From the NCBI GenBank assembly GCA_050874925.1, contig JBNMLQ010000002.1, positions 1 through 48,867 of the forward strand: a stretch of DNA of 48,867 nt, written 5' to 3'. How positions within the stretch are numbered: the first letter of the stretch is position 1; each line of letters opens with the position of its first letter. The notes under the pieces are model-generated. The model saw nothing but the letters and a program-made list of their open reading frames with translations. It was not told the DNA's origin and did not search any database. Shown piece after piece: positions 9,215 through 19,024 of this stretch. The position numbers and the translations under genes are program-made. The stretch comes from Candidatus Enterosoma sp. Lineage in GTDB: Bacteria; Bacillota_I; Bacilli_A; RFN20; CAG-288.

Positions 9215-10441
9215 ATGAAACAGGAAATCATCGAAAAATACGCTGAACTGATTGTCAGGACCGGAGCCAATGTCCAGAAGGGACAGTATGTCGTCATCCG
9301 CACCGGAGTCTTTGAGGAAGACTTTGCCGCCACCGTGGCCAAGGAATGCTACAAGGCAGGAGCAAAAAGAGTCTTCATCCACTGGCAATCAGCAAAGCTT
9401 GACCTCGTCGATAATCGCTATGCCGATGAAGAAGCACTAAAAGAGGTACCTCTCTTTGAAGAGGAAGCACATCGATTCATGCTTGAAAAGCTTCCCGTCC
9501 TCATCTGGCTTGACGGAGACAATCCAGATGGTCAGAACGGACTGGACAATGACAAGGCAGCCAGAATCCGCAAGGCCAGACATGCCATCCTAGGAAAATA
9601 CCGTGACCAAAGGGAGAACCATTTCCAATGGGTCATCGCCGGTGTCCCATCGCTTCCATGGGCAAAGAAGATCTTCCCTGACCTTCCTGATGAAGAAGCC
9701 ATCGAAGCCTTATGGGAGAAGATTCTCTATACCTCAAGAGCACTGGATGGGAACGGCATCGAAAACTGGAAGAAGCATAATGAGGATTTGAAGAAGAAAT
9801 GCGCTTATCTCAATTCCCTGCGGTTGAAGAAGCTCACCTATCATTCTTCCAACGGAACCGACTTCTGGGTTTCATTGATTCCCGGGGTACGCTTTGAAGG
9901 CGGTGATGAAAAAACCTTGGAAGGTGTCGTCTATTCTCCCAACATTCCAAGCGAAGAATGCTTCACTTCCCCAAGGAAAGGGGAGGCTGAAGGCATCGTC
10001 TATGCAACCAAGCCGCTTTGCTATCAGGGACAGATGATCGAGAACTTCTCCATCCGTTTCCATAAAGGAAAAGCCGTGGAAGTCCATGCCGAAAAAGGAC
10101 AGGAAGCATTGGAATCCATTCTTCATTTGGATGAAGGAAGTGCCTACTTGGGAGAATGCGCACTTGTCCCTTATCATTCTCCCATCAATCTTACCAATAT
10201 TCTTTTCTTCAACACACTCTATGATGAGAATGCAGCCTGCCACCTTGCCTTAGGGACAGGATTCAGCAACCTCTATCCGGATTTTGAAAAATACACGGAT
10301 GAACAGATCCGTGGCTTTGGCATCAACTATTCCCTCTCCCATGTCGACTTCATGATCGGAAGCAAGGACATGGAAATCAAAGGCACCAAGGAAGATGGAA
10401 GCAAAGTCCTCATCTTCAAGGATGGAGACTGGGCTTTCTGA
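9215..10441 (+). CDS. aminopeptidase, M29 family (AmpS/PepS-like)
   Basis: N-terminus MKQEIIEKYAELIVRTGANVQKGQ and C-terminal H..D/E metal-ligand regions typical of thermophilic-type M29 aminopeptidases. Confidence 0.85.
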   Translation: MKQEIIEKYAELIVRTGANVQKGQYVVIRTGVFEEDFAATVAKECYKAGAKRVFIHWQSAKLDLVDNRYADEEALKEVPLFEEEAHRFMLEKLPVLIWLDGDNPDGQNGLDNDKAARIRKARHAILGKYRDQRENHFQWVIAGVPSLPWAKKIFPDLPDEEAIEALWEKILYTSRALDGNGIENWKKHNEDLKKKCAYLNSLRLKKLTYHSSNGTDFWVSLIPGVRFEGGDEKTLEGVVYSPNIPSEECFTSPRKGEAEGIVYATKPLCYQGQMIENFSIRFHKGKAVEVHAEKGQEALESILHLDEGSAYLGECALVPYHSPINLTNILFFNTLYDENAACHLALGTGFSNLYPDFEKYTDEQIRGFGINYSLSHVDFMIGSKDMEIKGTKEDGSKVLIFKDGDWAF

Positions 10442-10452
10442 TTTCAAAAAAA

Positions 10453-11058
10453 TTACAATGCTACCTCTTCCTCGATGAGCTTCACTTCATCGATTCTTTC
10501 GTTTGTCTTCAATGCGATAGATAGGGCATAGCCATGAATGACAAAACTCTTCACCTGATAGGTTTCTTCTTGATAGGAAACACTTCCCTCCAAAGAAGGG
10601 ACTGCCTTGATGTCATTGCCGATGAGGCCAAGTCCGCTTGCCTTTGACAAGGCTTCCTTCCTGGTCCAAAAAAGAAAGAAGTCCTGATCATCATGGATAA
10701 GACCAGATTCCTTCTCACTGAAAGCATACGGAATCAGCTTTTGTCGACGCTCTCTTATTTTTTCAATGTCGATTCCACATGGAACATCAGAGACAAGGAA
10801 GGCAACATAGGAGCAGGAATGGGACAAATTGAAAAAGATACCATCCATCACCGGCTTGTGATATTTCGTGAATGACAGCATCCGGTCACCTGGAAGGTAT
10901 CGCTTCAGGAAATAACCTGATCCTATCTCCTGAAGTCTCTTCTCCTGCAGAAGCATACCCATGGCCTTCTCTTTTCTTTCTGGAGAAATATAAGAAAGAA
11001 GCTGTTCTTCCTTTTCCTTGATTTTATCGATGGAAAGGACTCTTACCTGTAGATTCAT
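10453..11058 (-). CDS. 4'-phosphopantetheinyl transferase (Sfp-type)
   Basis: GIDIE and FWTRKEALSKA (W/F-x-x-KE-A-x-x-K) motifs. Confidence 0.85.
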   Translation of the reverse strand: MNLQVRVLSIDKIKEKEEQLLSYISPERKEKAMGMLLQEKRLQEIGSGYFLKRYLPGDRMLSFTKYHKPVMDGIFFNLSHSCSYVAFLVSDVPCGIDIEKIRERRQKLIPYAFSEKESGLIHDDQDFFLFWTRKEALSKASGLGLIGNDIKAVPSLEGSVSYQEETYQVKSFVIHGYALSIALKTNERIDEVKLIEEEVAL

Positions 11059-11070
11059 ATTTCAATTATA

Positions 11071-11098
11071 TTGCAAACCAGGACAAAATCACTATAAT
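11071..11098 (+). promoter_or_regulatory. promoter of the riboswitch-ribU transcript
   Basis: TTGCAA, 16-nt spacer, TATAAT. Confidence 0.6.
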
Positions 11099-11108
11099 TT
11101 CCTTTGTA

Positions 11109-11218
11109 GCGATTCAGGGAAAGGTGAAATTCCTTCTCGGCGGTATACCCCGCGCGGACTTGTTCCATGATTTGGTGAAATTCCAAAGGCGACAGTAAAG
11201 GCTGGATAAAAGAATGGC
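11109..11218 (+). promoter_or_regulatory. FMN riboswitch (RFN element) aptamer
   Basis: Conserved RFN blocks AGGGAAAGGTGAAATTCC, CGGCGGTA, CCCGCG, GATTTGGTGAAATTCCAAAGGCGACAGT and GGCTGGAT. P1 pairing ATTC/GAAT. Confidence 0.9.
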
Positions 11219-11248
11219 TGACTGGTTTTTTTGCATCACAAGAATTCC

Positions 11249-11285
11249 AAATCCCTGAGGCGCCTGAGTCTCCGGGATTTTTCTT
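11249..11285 (+). terminator. riboswitch expression-platform terminator
   Basis: AAATCCCTGAG / CTCCGGGATTT stem (one mismatch) followed by a T-run, just before the ribU RBS. Confidence 0.7.
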
Positions 11286-11307
11286 GGAGAAGAAAGGACC
11301 TTACATT

Positions 11308-12051
11308 ATGAGAAGAAGCAGTTCCGAAGTCGTCACCCGTCTATGTACGATTGCCTTGCTTTCTGCATTGGGCTTCGTATTGATGGCCTTTCTAAGGATT
11401 CCCTATCCGCCTGCACCATGGCTGATGATCGAATTCTCGGATGTTGTCGTCTTGATTGCCTATGCGATGTACGGACTGAGCGGAGGATTGATGGTCAGCA
11501 TCTTCAAGACGCTTCTTGACATGGCCGTTCATGGACTGACCGGAGCATACGGCATCGGAAACATCACTGCCTTTGTCACATCACTTTGTTTTGTCTTAGC
11601 CTTGTTCATGGCAAGCCATCTTCTGAAGCTTTTTAAAAAGGGTCTTCCGTTTCGTATCCTTGGATACCTCTTCATCACCATATTGGTAGCAACCCTATTG
11701 ACTCTTTTAAACGTTCTGTTCATCACACCGACCTATCTGACAGGGACATTTACCACATGCTTTGATTCACAGGCTGTCCAGTCTGTCATCAACGGCTTCA
11801 ACGGCATGGGCATAGAAGGAAACGTCTATTTCCTTTTGATCTTCATCATCTATTTCCCGTTCAACCTTCTTAAAGGAGCCTGCATCTGTGCCATCTATGA
11901 ACTCATCTTCAACAGGCTCATCTTCGTCCTGATGGAGAGGTCTCCAAAGATGAAGAAGTACTTCCTAGGCTCCATCTTCAAAAAGAAGGAGAATATAGAA
12001 GATTCAGGCAAGAACAAGGAAAAAGACACCGATAAGAAAGCTACAAAATAA
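11308..12051 (+). CDS. ribU: riboflavin ECF-transporter S component (RibU/FmnP-like) with Lys-rich C-terminal tail
   Basis: Multi-TM protein immediately downstream of an FMN riboswitch, with an N-terminal region typical of RibU. ATG at 11308 preferred over the TTG at 11284. Confidence 0.8.
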   Translation: MRRSSSEVVTRLCTIALLSALGFVLMAFLRIPYPPAPWLMIEFSDVVVLIAYAMYGLSGGLMVSIFKTLLDMAVHGLTGAYGIGNITAFVTSLCFVLALFMASHLLKLFKKGLPFRILGYLFITILVATLLTLLNVLFITPTYLTGTFTTCFDSQAVQSVINGFNGMGIEGNVYFLLIFIIYFPFNLLKGACICAIYELIFNRLIFVLMERSPKMKKYFLGSIFKKKENIEDSGKNKEKDTDKKATK

Positions 12052-12105
12052 TTTGCTTTTCATCCCTTCTCCTCCTACAATATTTCCAAATCGGAGGAAA
12101 TCTTT

Positions 12106-12522
12106 ATGAAGTCTGCTGCAAAAGTATGTTATTTGGTTTCGTTCATTCTGTCGATCGGTCTATGTATCGGGTATATCATCGGCTTCATCATCTTCATGTG
12201 TCTTGATGTCGAGACCTATGCCCGTGCCATCTGTGCAGCTTCCGATATGCAATACAGTGAAATCGTCCTTGCTTCCGTAAGCGTGACCATGACCATCCTG
12301 AGACTGACGTTCGGTGTTCTTGTCTTCGATTCACTCTGCTCCATCGGTGTTTCCTTATATGGTTATCTTTCCTATGACAAGAGCATAGAAAAGGGAGGTC
12401 TCTTCTTTCCTGTGTTATCCATCGTCATCGGCTTCATCGGAAATATACTTCTTCTCATTTCAGGAATCCTTTACCTCATCGACTCGGGACTAAGAAAGAA
12501 AAATCAGACTTATCAAGCCTAG
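12106..12522 (+). CDS. hypothetical 4-TM membrane protein
   Basis: GGAGGA RBS and four hydrophobic segments. No recognisable motif. Confidence 0.6.
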   Translation: MKSAAKVCYLVSFILSIGLCIGYIIGFIIFMCLDVETYARAICAASDMQYSEIVLASVSVTMTILRLTFGVLVFDSLCSIGVSLYGYLSYDKSIEKGGLFFPVLSIVIGFIGNILLLISGILYLIDSGLRKKNQTYQA

Positions 12523-12547
12523 GCACAAAGCCTGGGCATTTTCTTTT
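12517..12547 (+). terminator. rho-independent terminator
   Basis: GCCTAGGC-ACAAA-GCCTGGGC hairpin (one wobble) followed by a T-rich run. Overlaps the stop codon. Confidence 0.7.
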
Positions 12548-12735
12548 CAGCTTCCTATATGACTTATACATATAGACTTGAAATCTTGATATGTCTTTGA
12601 CGCCAAAAAAGAAAGCGCAATCATGGACAAACACCTATCTTTGAGTCAAAGAGAAGCCCCTTTTTTTGTCAGTTCCCTTGTTTTCCTAAAATATCAAATT
12701 AAAATACTCCTTGTTTTTAGGAGGATATAAATAGT

Positions 12736-13788
12736 ATGGATGTCATCAAACAAGTATTGACCGATCAGAATTTCCTTGGAGCTATCTTAGGATCGGTTGT
12801 ATTCATCCTGCTAGGATTCTTCCTACGGCAAAAGAACATCATCTCAAAGCACGGAAAAAGCGTCTTGAATGCCATCGTCATGAAGATCGCCATTCCCTGC
12901 ATGGCCTTCTGTGCCTTCATGTCCGATTTCTCTTCTTCGGATTTCGTTTCCAATATTCTCATCTTTGTCTTTGATATCGTATTCTATCTGATCTTCATCC
13001 TTATCGGAAACCTGATCTTCATCAAGTTCGACAAGGAAAAGAAGACCATCTATTCCATCTTGATGGCTGTCGGACAGCTGACGCTGTTTTCCATGCCGAT
13101 TCTCCAGGCCGTATATGGACTGGATTCCGGCGTTCTGATTCCTGCCAGCATGATGTCCATCGCCTTCCGTCTCGTCGTCTATATCTACTCTTATATTGCC
13201 ATCACCGGTGAAAGGATCACCAAGGACAACTTCGGCAAGACCATGAAGAACATCTTTGTCAACCCTGTCATGATCTGTATGTTCCTAGGTCTCATCATCT
13301 GGGCTACTCAGAACGTCGTCTTCCAGGTACAGGTCGGAGATGCAACCTACGGATTCACCAGAATCGACAAGACGCTTCCTGCCTTATATAAGGTATTCCA
13401 ATACGGAAACAATCTTGCCACGCCTCTTGCGATGCTTCTGATGGGTGTCACCCTTGGCGAAGCAGACTTCCTTACGGCAATCAAGAACAAATATGCCTGG
13501 CTCATCGCCGTCTTGAGAACCTTTGCCATTCCGCTTTGCATCCTTGGCATCTGCACGCTCTTGCAGGCCACCCATGTCTTCCAATTCAGTGAAATACAGC
13601 TTGCCGCCATGGTCATCGGAAATGCCGCACCGACAAGTGCCGTCGTCGTCGTATACTGCGTCAACTACAACAAACAGGCCTATATCGGAAGCGACTGTGT
13701 CATGCTGTCGACCATCCTTTCCGTCATCGGAATGCCGATTTTCTTCGTTCTTGTCAAGCTCTTCATGACCTTCCCGATCTTTGCCTGA
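12736..13788 (+). CDS. AEC (auxin efflux carrier) family permease
   Basis: About 10 TM, 350 aa. N-terminus and overall pattern typical of AEC/malate-permease-like transporters. AGGAGG RBS. Confidence 0.8.
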   Translation: MDVIKQVLTDQNFLGAILGSVVFILLGFFLRQKNIISKHGKSVLNAIVMKIAIPCMAFCAFMSDFSSSDFVSNILIFVFDIVFYLIFILIGNLIFIKFDKEKKTIYSILMAVGQLTLFSMPILQAVYGLDSGVLIPASMMSIAFRLVVYIYSYIAITGERITKDNFGKTMKNIFVNPVMICMFLGLIIWATQNVVFQVQVGDATYGFTRIDKTLPALYKVFQYGNNLATPLAMLLMGVTLGEADFLTAIKNKYAWLIAVLRTFAIPLCILGICTLLQATHVFQFSEIQLAAMVIGNAAPTSAVVVVYCVNYNKQAYIGSDCVMLSTILSVIGMPIFFVLVKLFMTFPIFA

Positions 13789-13875
13789 TACATATCGATT
13801 TACAAATCCGAAAAGTCTTTTTCACATAATTGCAAAAAAGTAAAACGATTTAATTTTGCTCTTCCCCTTCTTCTT

Positions 13876-13889
13876 TTAAAACGCTTACA
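13876..13889. promoter_or_regulatory. cre / LacI-family operator-like palindrome upstream of malQ
   Basis: TTAAAACGCTTACA matches the cre consensus TGWAANCGNTNWCA at 13 of 14 positions. Confidence 0.35.
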
Positions 13890-13936
13890 TAGTCTATAGA
13901 ATGAACATAGATTCAACGTCTCAGAGGTACACTTCA

Positions 13937-15430
13937 ATGAACAGAAAAAATCGTGAAAACGGAATACTGCTTCCTGTCTCCAGCCTTCCTTCCGACCATG
14001 GCATCGGAACCCTGGGAAAAGAAGCTTTCTCTTTTGTTGATTTCCTTTCCCAATGCCATGTGAACATCTGGCAGATGCTTCCACTCAACGTGACAAGCTT
14101 CGGCGACTCACCCTATCAGTCCCCTTCTTCAAACGGTCTCAATTATTACTTCATCGACTTGGACATCCTCATCAAAAAAGGATTGCTGAAGAAAGCCGAT
14201 GTCGAGTCCGGTGATTTCTTCACGGACGAAAGAAGGGTATCCTATGGAATGCTCTTTGAAAAAAGAATCAAGCTTCTCAAAAAAGCCTTCGACCATTTCC
14301 CAAGACATGACAAAGAATTCCTGAGTTTCGAGAAGAAAGGCGAATTCCGTGATTTTGCTTTCTTCATGACCATGAAGGAGCTTCATGGATTCCGTCCATG
14401 GTATGAATGGGATGAGAGACATTACACACCCACGCTCGAAGAGAAGGTCATCTCCAGCCATCAGGATCTATATCTCTTCTACATCTGGACACAATATGAA
14501 TTCCTGGATGAATTCCATGCGCTGAAGAAATACGCCAACGAGAAAGGCATCCGTCTGATGGGCGATATGCCTTTGTATCTGGCTTTGGATTCCGTCGAAG
14601 CCTATAAATATCCGGAGATGTTCCGGTTTGACGAAAACCACAATCCTACCATCGTTGCCGGATGTCCGCCGGACTACTTCAATGCCGATGGTCAGCTGTG
14701 GGGCAACCCCATCTATGACTGGGATTATATGAAGGCTACCGGCTATGCCTGGTGGAACAGACGCATCGAGAACAACCTCAAGCTGTTCGACATCCTCAGA
14801 ATCGATCACTTCCGCGGAATCGCCGCCTACTACACCATTCCCTATGGTGCCACAAACGCAAGGAAGGGTGAATGGCTTGATGGTCCGGGAATGGATCTGT
14901 TCCGTGGCAAGGAAAACCTTCCTATCATCGCGGAAGACCTCGGCTTCATGGATGACAAGGTAAGGGAACTTCTCAGGGAGTCCGGATATCCGGGAATGAA
15001 GGTGCTCGAATTTGCCTTTGACGGACATTATGACAACGAGCACAAGCCTTCCCAGGCAAAATACAACTATGTCTGCTATACCGGTACCCATGACAACGAT
15101 ACCATCAAAGGATATATCGAATCTCTTTCCAAGGCAGACCTTGATACCTTCAAAAAGGATTTGAAGAAGGAATGTGACCTCTTTGCCGTCGACTATCATG
15201 ACGAAGACAACAATGCCCTGACCAGAAGCGTATGCCAGCTATGCTATGCCTCTCCCTGCAGGATTGCCATCATTCCCTTTGCCGATATCGCATGCTTCGA
15301 CAGTGAAGCGAGGATGAATGTTCCGGCAGAGCTTTCCGGAAAGAACTGGACATTCCGCTATCTGAAGAGCGATTTCAACGAAGAAGTCAAGCAGTTCTTG
15401 AAGGATTCCATTGAAAAATACGGTCGTTAA
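13937..15430 (+). CDS. malQ: 4-alpha-glucanotransferase (amylomaltase, GH77)
   Basis: GILLPVSSLPSDHGIGTLG N-terminus, DHFRG and other GH77 blocks. An alternative start at 13901 is possible. Confidence 0.92.
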   Translation: MNRKNRENGILLPVSSLPSDHGIGTLGKEAFSFVDFLSQCHVNIWQMLPLNVTSFGDSPYQSPSSNGLNYYFIDLDILIKKGLLKKADVESGDFFTDERRVSYGMLFEKRIKLLKKAFDHFPRHDKEFLSFEKKGEFRDFAFFMTMKELHGFRPWYEWDERHYTPTLEEKVISSHQDLYLFYIWTQYEFLDEFHALKKYANEKGIRLMGDMPLYLALDSVEAYKYPEMFRFDENHNPTIVAGCPPDYFNADGQLWGNPIYDWDYMKATGYAWWNRRIENNLKLFDILRIDHFRGIAAYYTIPYGATNARKGEWLDGPGMDLFRGKENLPIIAEDLGFMDDKVRELLRESGYPGMKVLEFAFDGHYDNEHKPSQAKYNYVCYTGTHDNDTIKGYIESLSKADLDTFKKDLKKECDLFAVDYHDEDNNALTRSVCQLCYASPCRIAIIPFADIACFDSEARMNVPAELSGKNWTFRYLKSDFNEEVKQFLKDSIEKYGR

Positions 15431-15440
15431 GATATATTAT

Positions 15441-15466
15441 AGGCTTCCATATCGGAAGCCTTTTTA
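15441..15466 (+). terminator. rho-independent terminator after malQ
   Basis: AGGCTTCC-ATATC-GGAAGCCT hairpin followed by TTTTT. Confidence 0.8.
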
Positions 15467-15666
15467 TTAGCATTTGATATTTGAATATAAAATTGGAAGC
15501 ATACCTATCCTTAAAAAACTATCAAAGCTGATATCCATAAAGAATGAATCCAGCAAAACAGACGAATACCATTCTTAGTGCAAGGTAAGGATGATATTCA
15601 TCTTCCTATCATCATGAAAGCTAAAACCAGTCGATGAATCCAGGACAGGTGACCTATTTATCAATC

Positions 15667-15704
15667 AAAGGCATGGAAATCGATATATTTCCATGCCTTT
15701 TCAT
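15667..15704 (+). terminator. orphan strong terminator hairpin in the malQ-udk spacer
   Basis: 14-bp perfect stem AAAGGCATGGAAAT / ATTTCCATGCCTTT, 6-nt loop, then TTCATTTT. Confidence 0.6.
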
Positions 15705-15747
15705 TTTGCTTCCCTTATAATAAAGATGTTCATATAGAGGTAGTACC

Positions 15748-16452
15748 ATGTCCAGAATCATTCTTGTCGGCGGAGGTTCATCTTCCGGTAAATCCTATAT
15801 CACGACCAGCGTCATCAAAAATCTCAACACCGATGAAATCACCAGGATTTCCATCGATGATTTCTATAAAGACCAGAGCAATATCTCCATGGAAGAAAGA
15901 ATCAAGGTCAACTATGACCATCCCAAGGCATTTGACTGGAAAATGATGAGAAAGCAGATTTCGGATCTGAAGAATGACATCCCCATCGACAAGCCCATCT
16001 ATGATTTCACCATCCACAATCGAAGTGACAAGACAGAACACATCGTTCCAAAGAAGCTTGTCATCGTCGAAGGCATCATGGCCCTTGTCGACAAACAATT
16101 GAGAGAGCTCGGCGATCTGAAGATTTTCATCACGGCAACACCGGAAGTCCGATTCCTGCGTCGCTTCATCCGTGACCATACGGAAAGAAAGAGAAGCTAC
16201 GAAAACATCGTCAGCCAATACATCACCACCGTCGCTCCGATGTATGAAGAAATCGTCAAACCGTCAAGCAACTATGCCGATCTCATCATCAACAACGATG
16301 GAGCCATCGCAAACCTTGCCATGGATGTCCTCTCCTGCGTCTTCAAGGATCAGCTGGAAAAGGCAACCGATGGAAAACCGCACATCAACAAGCCCTCCAA
16401 TGAATTCTCTGAAGAAGTCCTTAACAGGGTCTTCCAGAGCGCGACAAAATAA
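15748..16452 (+). CDS. udk: uridine kinase
   Basis: P-loop GGGSSSGKS and the NYDHPKAFD motif. Confidence 0.9.
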   Translation: MSRIILVGGGSSSGKSYITTSVIKNLNTDEITRISIDDFYKDQSNISMEERIKVNYDHPKAFDWKMMRKQISDLKNDIPIDKPIYDFTIHNRSDKTEHIVPKKLVIVEGIMALVDKQLRELGDLKIFITATPEVRFLRRFIRDHTERKRSYENIVSQYITTVAPMYEEIVKPSSNYADLIINNDGAIANLAMDVLSCVFKDQLEKATDGKPHINKPSNEFSEEVLNRVFQSATK

Positions 16453-16473
16453 GGTTCCGACCAATAATATAGC

Positions 16474-17043
16474 TCATTTGATTCTCTTGACGATTCTACG
16501 ATGCACATAAGCCGTATCATTGGGCTGAAGTTCAGTCTCAACAAGGTCAGCAAGGACTCCGGAAGAGAAACGGAATTCATCCGAGAACTTCAGATACTTG
16601 TTGACGAATTTCTTGCTTTCGATGAGACGCAAGGCAATATAGGCACGGCAAAGATAATAATAGGTGCTCTTTTGAGGCTCCCAGATTCTTGCCGTGATAT
16701 AAGTGTAAAACCTGCTATAGCTTCTATCGGCCCTGTTGGAAAGATAGGCTTCATATTCATGGGCAAGATTCTTTGCATACTGAAGATTCAGTTCTTCATG
16801 GAAGAGATCCGCTTTCTCTGACAGGATCTTGTCATATTCTTCTTCCAAAGGTTTCAGTTGCTTGAGGATTTCCCTCTTCTGGGCACGGGCTTTCTTCAGC
16901 TTGTTCTCCAGGATTTCGTCTTCCTTCTCGCCAAGAGCATCGTCATACCGTTCTATCCTGGCCTTGACCAATCTAAGTTTCTTCTTCAAATCACTGATCT
17001 CACCCTTCATCTGAGGAAGGGACTTCTGGTTATTCTCATCCAT
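16474..17043 (-). CDS. hypothetical coiled-coil protein
   Basis: Long ORF with good coding appearance. N-terminal half is heptad-like and K/E-rich. No motif recognised. Confidence 0.6.
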   Translation of the reverse strand: MDENNQKSLPQMKGEISDLKKKLRLVKARIERYDDALGEKEDEILENKLKKARAQKREILKQLKPLEEEYDKILSEKADLFHEELNLQYAKNLAHEYEAYLSNRADRSYSRFYTYITARIWEPQKSTYYYLCRAYIALRLIESKKFVNKYLKFSDEFRFSSGVLADLVETELQPNDTAYVHRRIVKRIK

Positions 17044-17110
17044 GTTTCTTTTCTCCTGACATCATTGTAAGAGAAATCCATCCATTATGGAACCGAAATG
17101 AAAAAAATCG

Positions 17111-17139
17111 TTGACTATTGATATCAAGTAGAGTAGAAT
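17111..17139 (+). promoter_or_regulatory. promoter of tRNA-Ala(GGC)
   Basis: TTGACT, 17-nt spacer, TAGAAT, about 32 nt upstream of the tRNA. Confidence 0.6.
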
Positions 17140-17171
17140 TATCTTCGCTTGAAAGCTCAAGCAAAACTTTT

Positions 17172-17247
17172 GGGGCTGTAGCTCAATTGGGAGAGCGCCT
17201 CCATGGCATGGAGGAGGTCGAGGGTTCGATCCCCTTCAGCTCCACCA
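17172..17247 (+). tRNA. tRNA-Ala (anticodon GGC)
   Basis: 76-nt cloverleaf, G3:U70 identity pair, anticodon loop ATGGCAT, encoded CCA. Confidence 0.92.
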
Positions 17248-17346
17248 AAAATGATTGGAGATGAACCACCTTTAGAGTTCCATAAAGCAAATGGCTTCCT
17301 AGGTTTGGTTCTTGAACGGCATCCTAAGTAATTGGGGTGCCTTTTT
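17248..17346 (+). repeat. tRNA-Ala trailer plus terminator module, copy A
   Basis: Including the last 7 nt of the tRNA, it matches the reverse complement of 30761-30866 with about 8 mismatches in about 107 nt. Ends in the hairpin GGCATCC/GGGTGCC plus T5 (17318-17346). Confidence 0.85.
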
Positions 17347-17580
17347 CGTTTTGTTAGTTGAATTGGCATGCGCATTTCAATCTAGAGAAAATGAAATTTA
17401 TGCGTTTTTAAGACGGTTAGCGACACTTTAGCTCTTTAGTTTGCCGATAAGCCAGTGTTTGTTGTTCCATCATTTGAACTAAAAATGGCATAGAGCTTTT
17501 TGCTATGGGCGTTAAGGAAATATTGTTTAGTGCGTTATGTATCTTGAAAGAGACAAATTTGCATTTAAAAAAAGCATTCA

Positions 17581-17637
17581 AATAAACGGACAATATACGG
17601 ACATTTTATTGAATATATGTCCGTTTAATGATAAAAT
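17581..17637 (+). promoter_or_regulatory. promoter/operator module of AlbA_2 paralog 1 (repeat copy 1)
   Basis: TTGAAT (17609-17614), 17-nt spacer, TGnTAAAAT (-10 at 17632-17637). Perfect inverted repeat ACGGACAT (17597-17604) / ATGTCCGT (17617-17624) brackets the -35. A third direct copy ACGGACAA lies at 17586-17593. Confidence 0.6.
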
Positions 17638-17664
17638 GCAACCGAAAGAACGAGATATTTTTAT

Positions 17665-18993
17665 ATGGATAAGTTTATTGAGTCTGATGGAGTTGAGTTG
17701 AAGGAGAAATTCAATGATAAATTCGTCAAGGAAGTTGTGGCGTTTTTGAACACCAATGGAGGGAAAATTTTTATTGGAGTCACTGATGATGGTTTTGCTG
17801 TTGGAGTAAAAAATATTGACGAGACAATGAGAAAAATATCCGATGTTCTTACTACCCAGATTGAACCGCAGCCAGAAGATGAAGTAGATATCAGGGTTGT
17901 TTTTGCGGAAGGTAAAAGCGTTTTAGCTATCGATATTAAAAAAGGAAAGTTTTCACTCTATTGCATCAAAAAATATGGATATTCAGCCTCTGGTTGCCTT
18001 GTTCGCGTAGGAACGACATGTAGAGAAATGACCGATCAGCAAATTCATAGGCGTTATCAGCAACGTTTCTTTAACTCCGATATTTTGTCGTCATCGACGA
18101 GCTCTAGGCAGGATTTAACGTTCAATGTTCTGAGACCGCTTTATGTGGAAAAAGGTTTTATCCTTCATGATGAAACGTTTGCTAAAAATCTAGGGTTGCT
18201 CACAGATGAGGGAAAATACAATGTTATGGCGGAGCTATTGTCTGATCAGAATCGCTTTTCATTCATTTTCGTCAAATTCGCAGGTGAGGATAAATCGGCA
18301 ATTTCCCAGAGAAGCGATTATGGCCGGAAATCAATACTTTTCGGATATGAGCAGATGATGAATCGAATTTCAGCGGAAAACATATGCCTATCGGACACCA
18401 CGGTTAGACCTAGAGTAGACACATATTGTTACGACTATGACAGCGTGAACGAAGCGGTCGTCAACGCAATTGTTCACAATGATTGGAGCATTAGCGAACC
18501 TCAGGTGTCTTTCTTTTCTAATCGTATTGAGATTTTGTCACATGGTGGGCTTCCTTATAATCTTAGCCTAGAAGACTTTTTTGCCGGAGTAAGCCGACCT
18601 AGGAACGAAAAGTTAATGCGCATTTTTTCTGACCTTGACATCGTTGACCATACAGGTCACGGAATTCCGATTATTGTTAAAAGATATGGCAAGAATGCCT
18701 TTGAAATCACAGATTCGCATATTATCGTCACAATACCTTTCGATGAGAAAGTAGCTGTATCGTTGAATGCCCATTTAAATGTCGGTACAAATGGCGGCTT
18801 AAGGGCCAAAGACACAGCCTTTACCGTTCTTAGCGAAATTCGCAAGAACCCATCGTCAACGGCGGAAGAAATCGCCTGTAATATTGGGAAAAGCAAAAAA
18901 ACCGTTGAGCGCTATTTTTCTGCTCTTCAAAAGGAAGGCGCGATTCTTCGTGTCGGTTCCAAGAAGAACGGACATTGGAAAGTTGTTAAGTAA
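17665..18993 (+). CDS. AlbA_2 (Schlafen-like) / HATPase_c_4 / winged-HTH protein, paralog 1 (COG2865 type)
   Basis: N-terminus ESDGVELKEKF..FLNTNGGKIFIGV, central VNAIVHNDWS..ILSHGGLP..RNEKLMRIF..HTGHGIP, C-terminal wHTH ..TVERYFSALQKEGAILRVGSKKNGHWKVV. Confidence 0.85.
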   Translation: MDKFIESDGVELKEKFNDKFVKEVVAFLNTNGGKIFIGVTDDGFAVGVKNIDETMRKISDVLTTQIEPQPEDEVDIRVVFAEGKSVLAIDIKKGKFSLYCIKKYGYSASGCLVRVGTTCREMTDQQIHRRYQQRFFNSDILSSSTSSRQDLTFNVLRPLYVEKGFILHDETFAKNLGLLTDEGKYNVMAELLSDQNRFSFIFVKFAGEDKSAISQRSDYGRKSILFGYEQMMNRISAENICLSDTTVRPRVDTYCYDYDSVNEAVVNAIVHNDWSISEPQVSFFSNRIEILSHGGLPYNLSLEDFFAGVSRPRNEKLMRIFSDLDIVDHTGHGIPIIVKRYGKNAFEITDSHIIVTIPFDEKVAVSLNAHLNVGTNGGLRAKDTAFTVLSEIRKNPSSTAEEIACNIGKSKKTVERYFSALQKEGAILRVGSKKNGHWKVVK

Positions 18994-19024
18994 AAGGCCA
19001 GCAATTCAATTCTATCGACGTTTC

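Noticed and set aside
13800-14084. A 94-aa minus-strand ORF upstream of and overlapping the malQ start
   Set aside because: It is Arg/Cys/Phe-rich junk-like sequence, antisense to the malQ 5' end, with no RBS.
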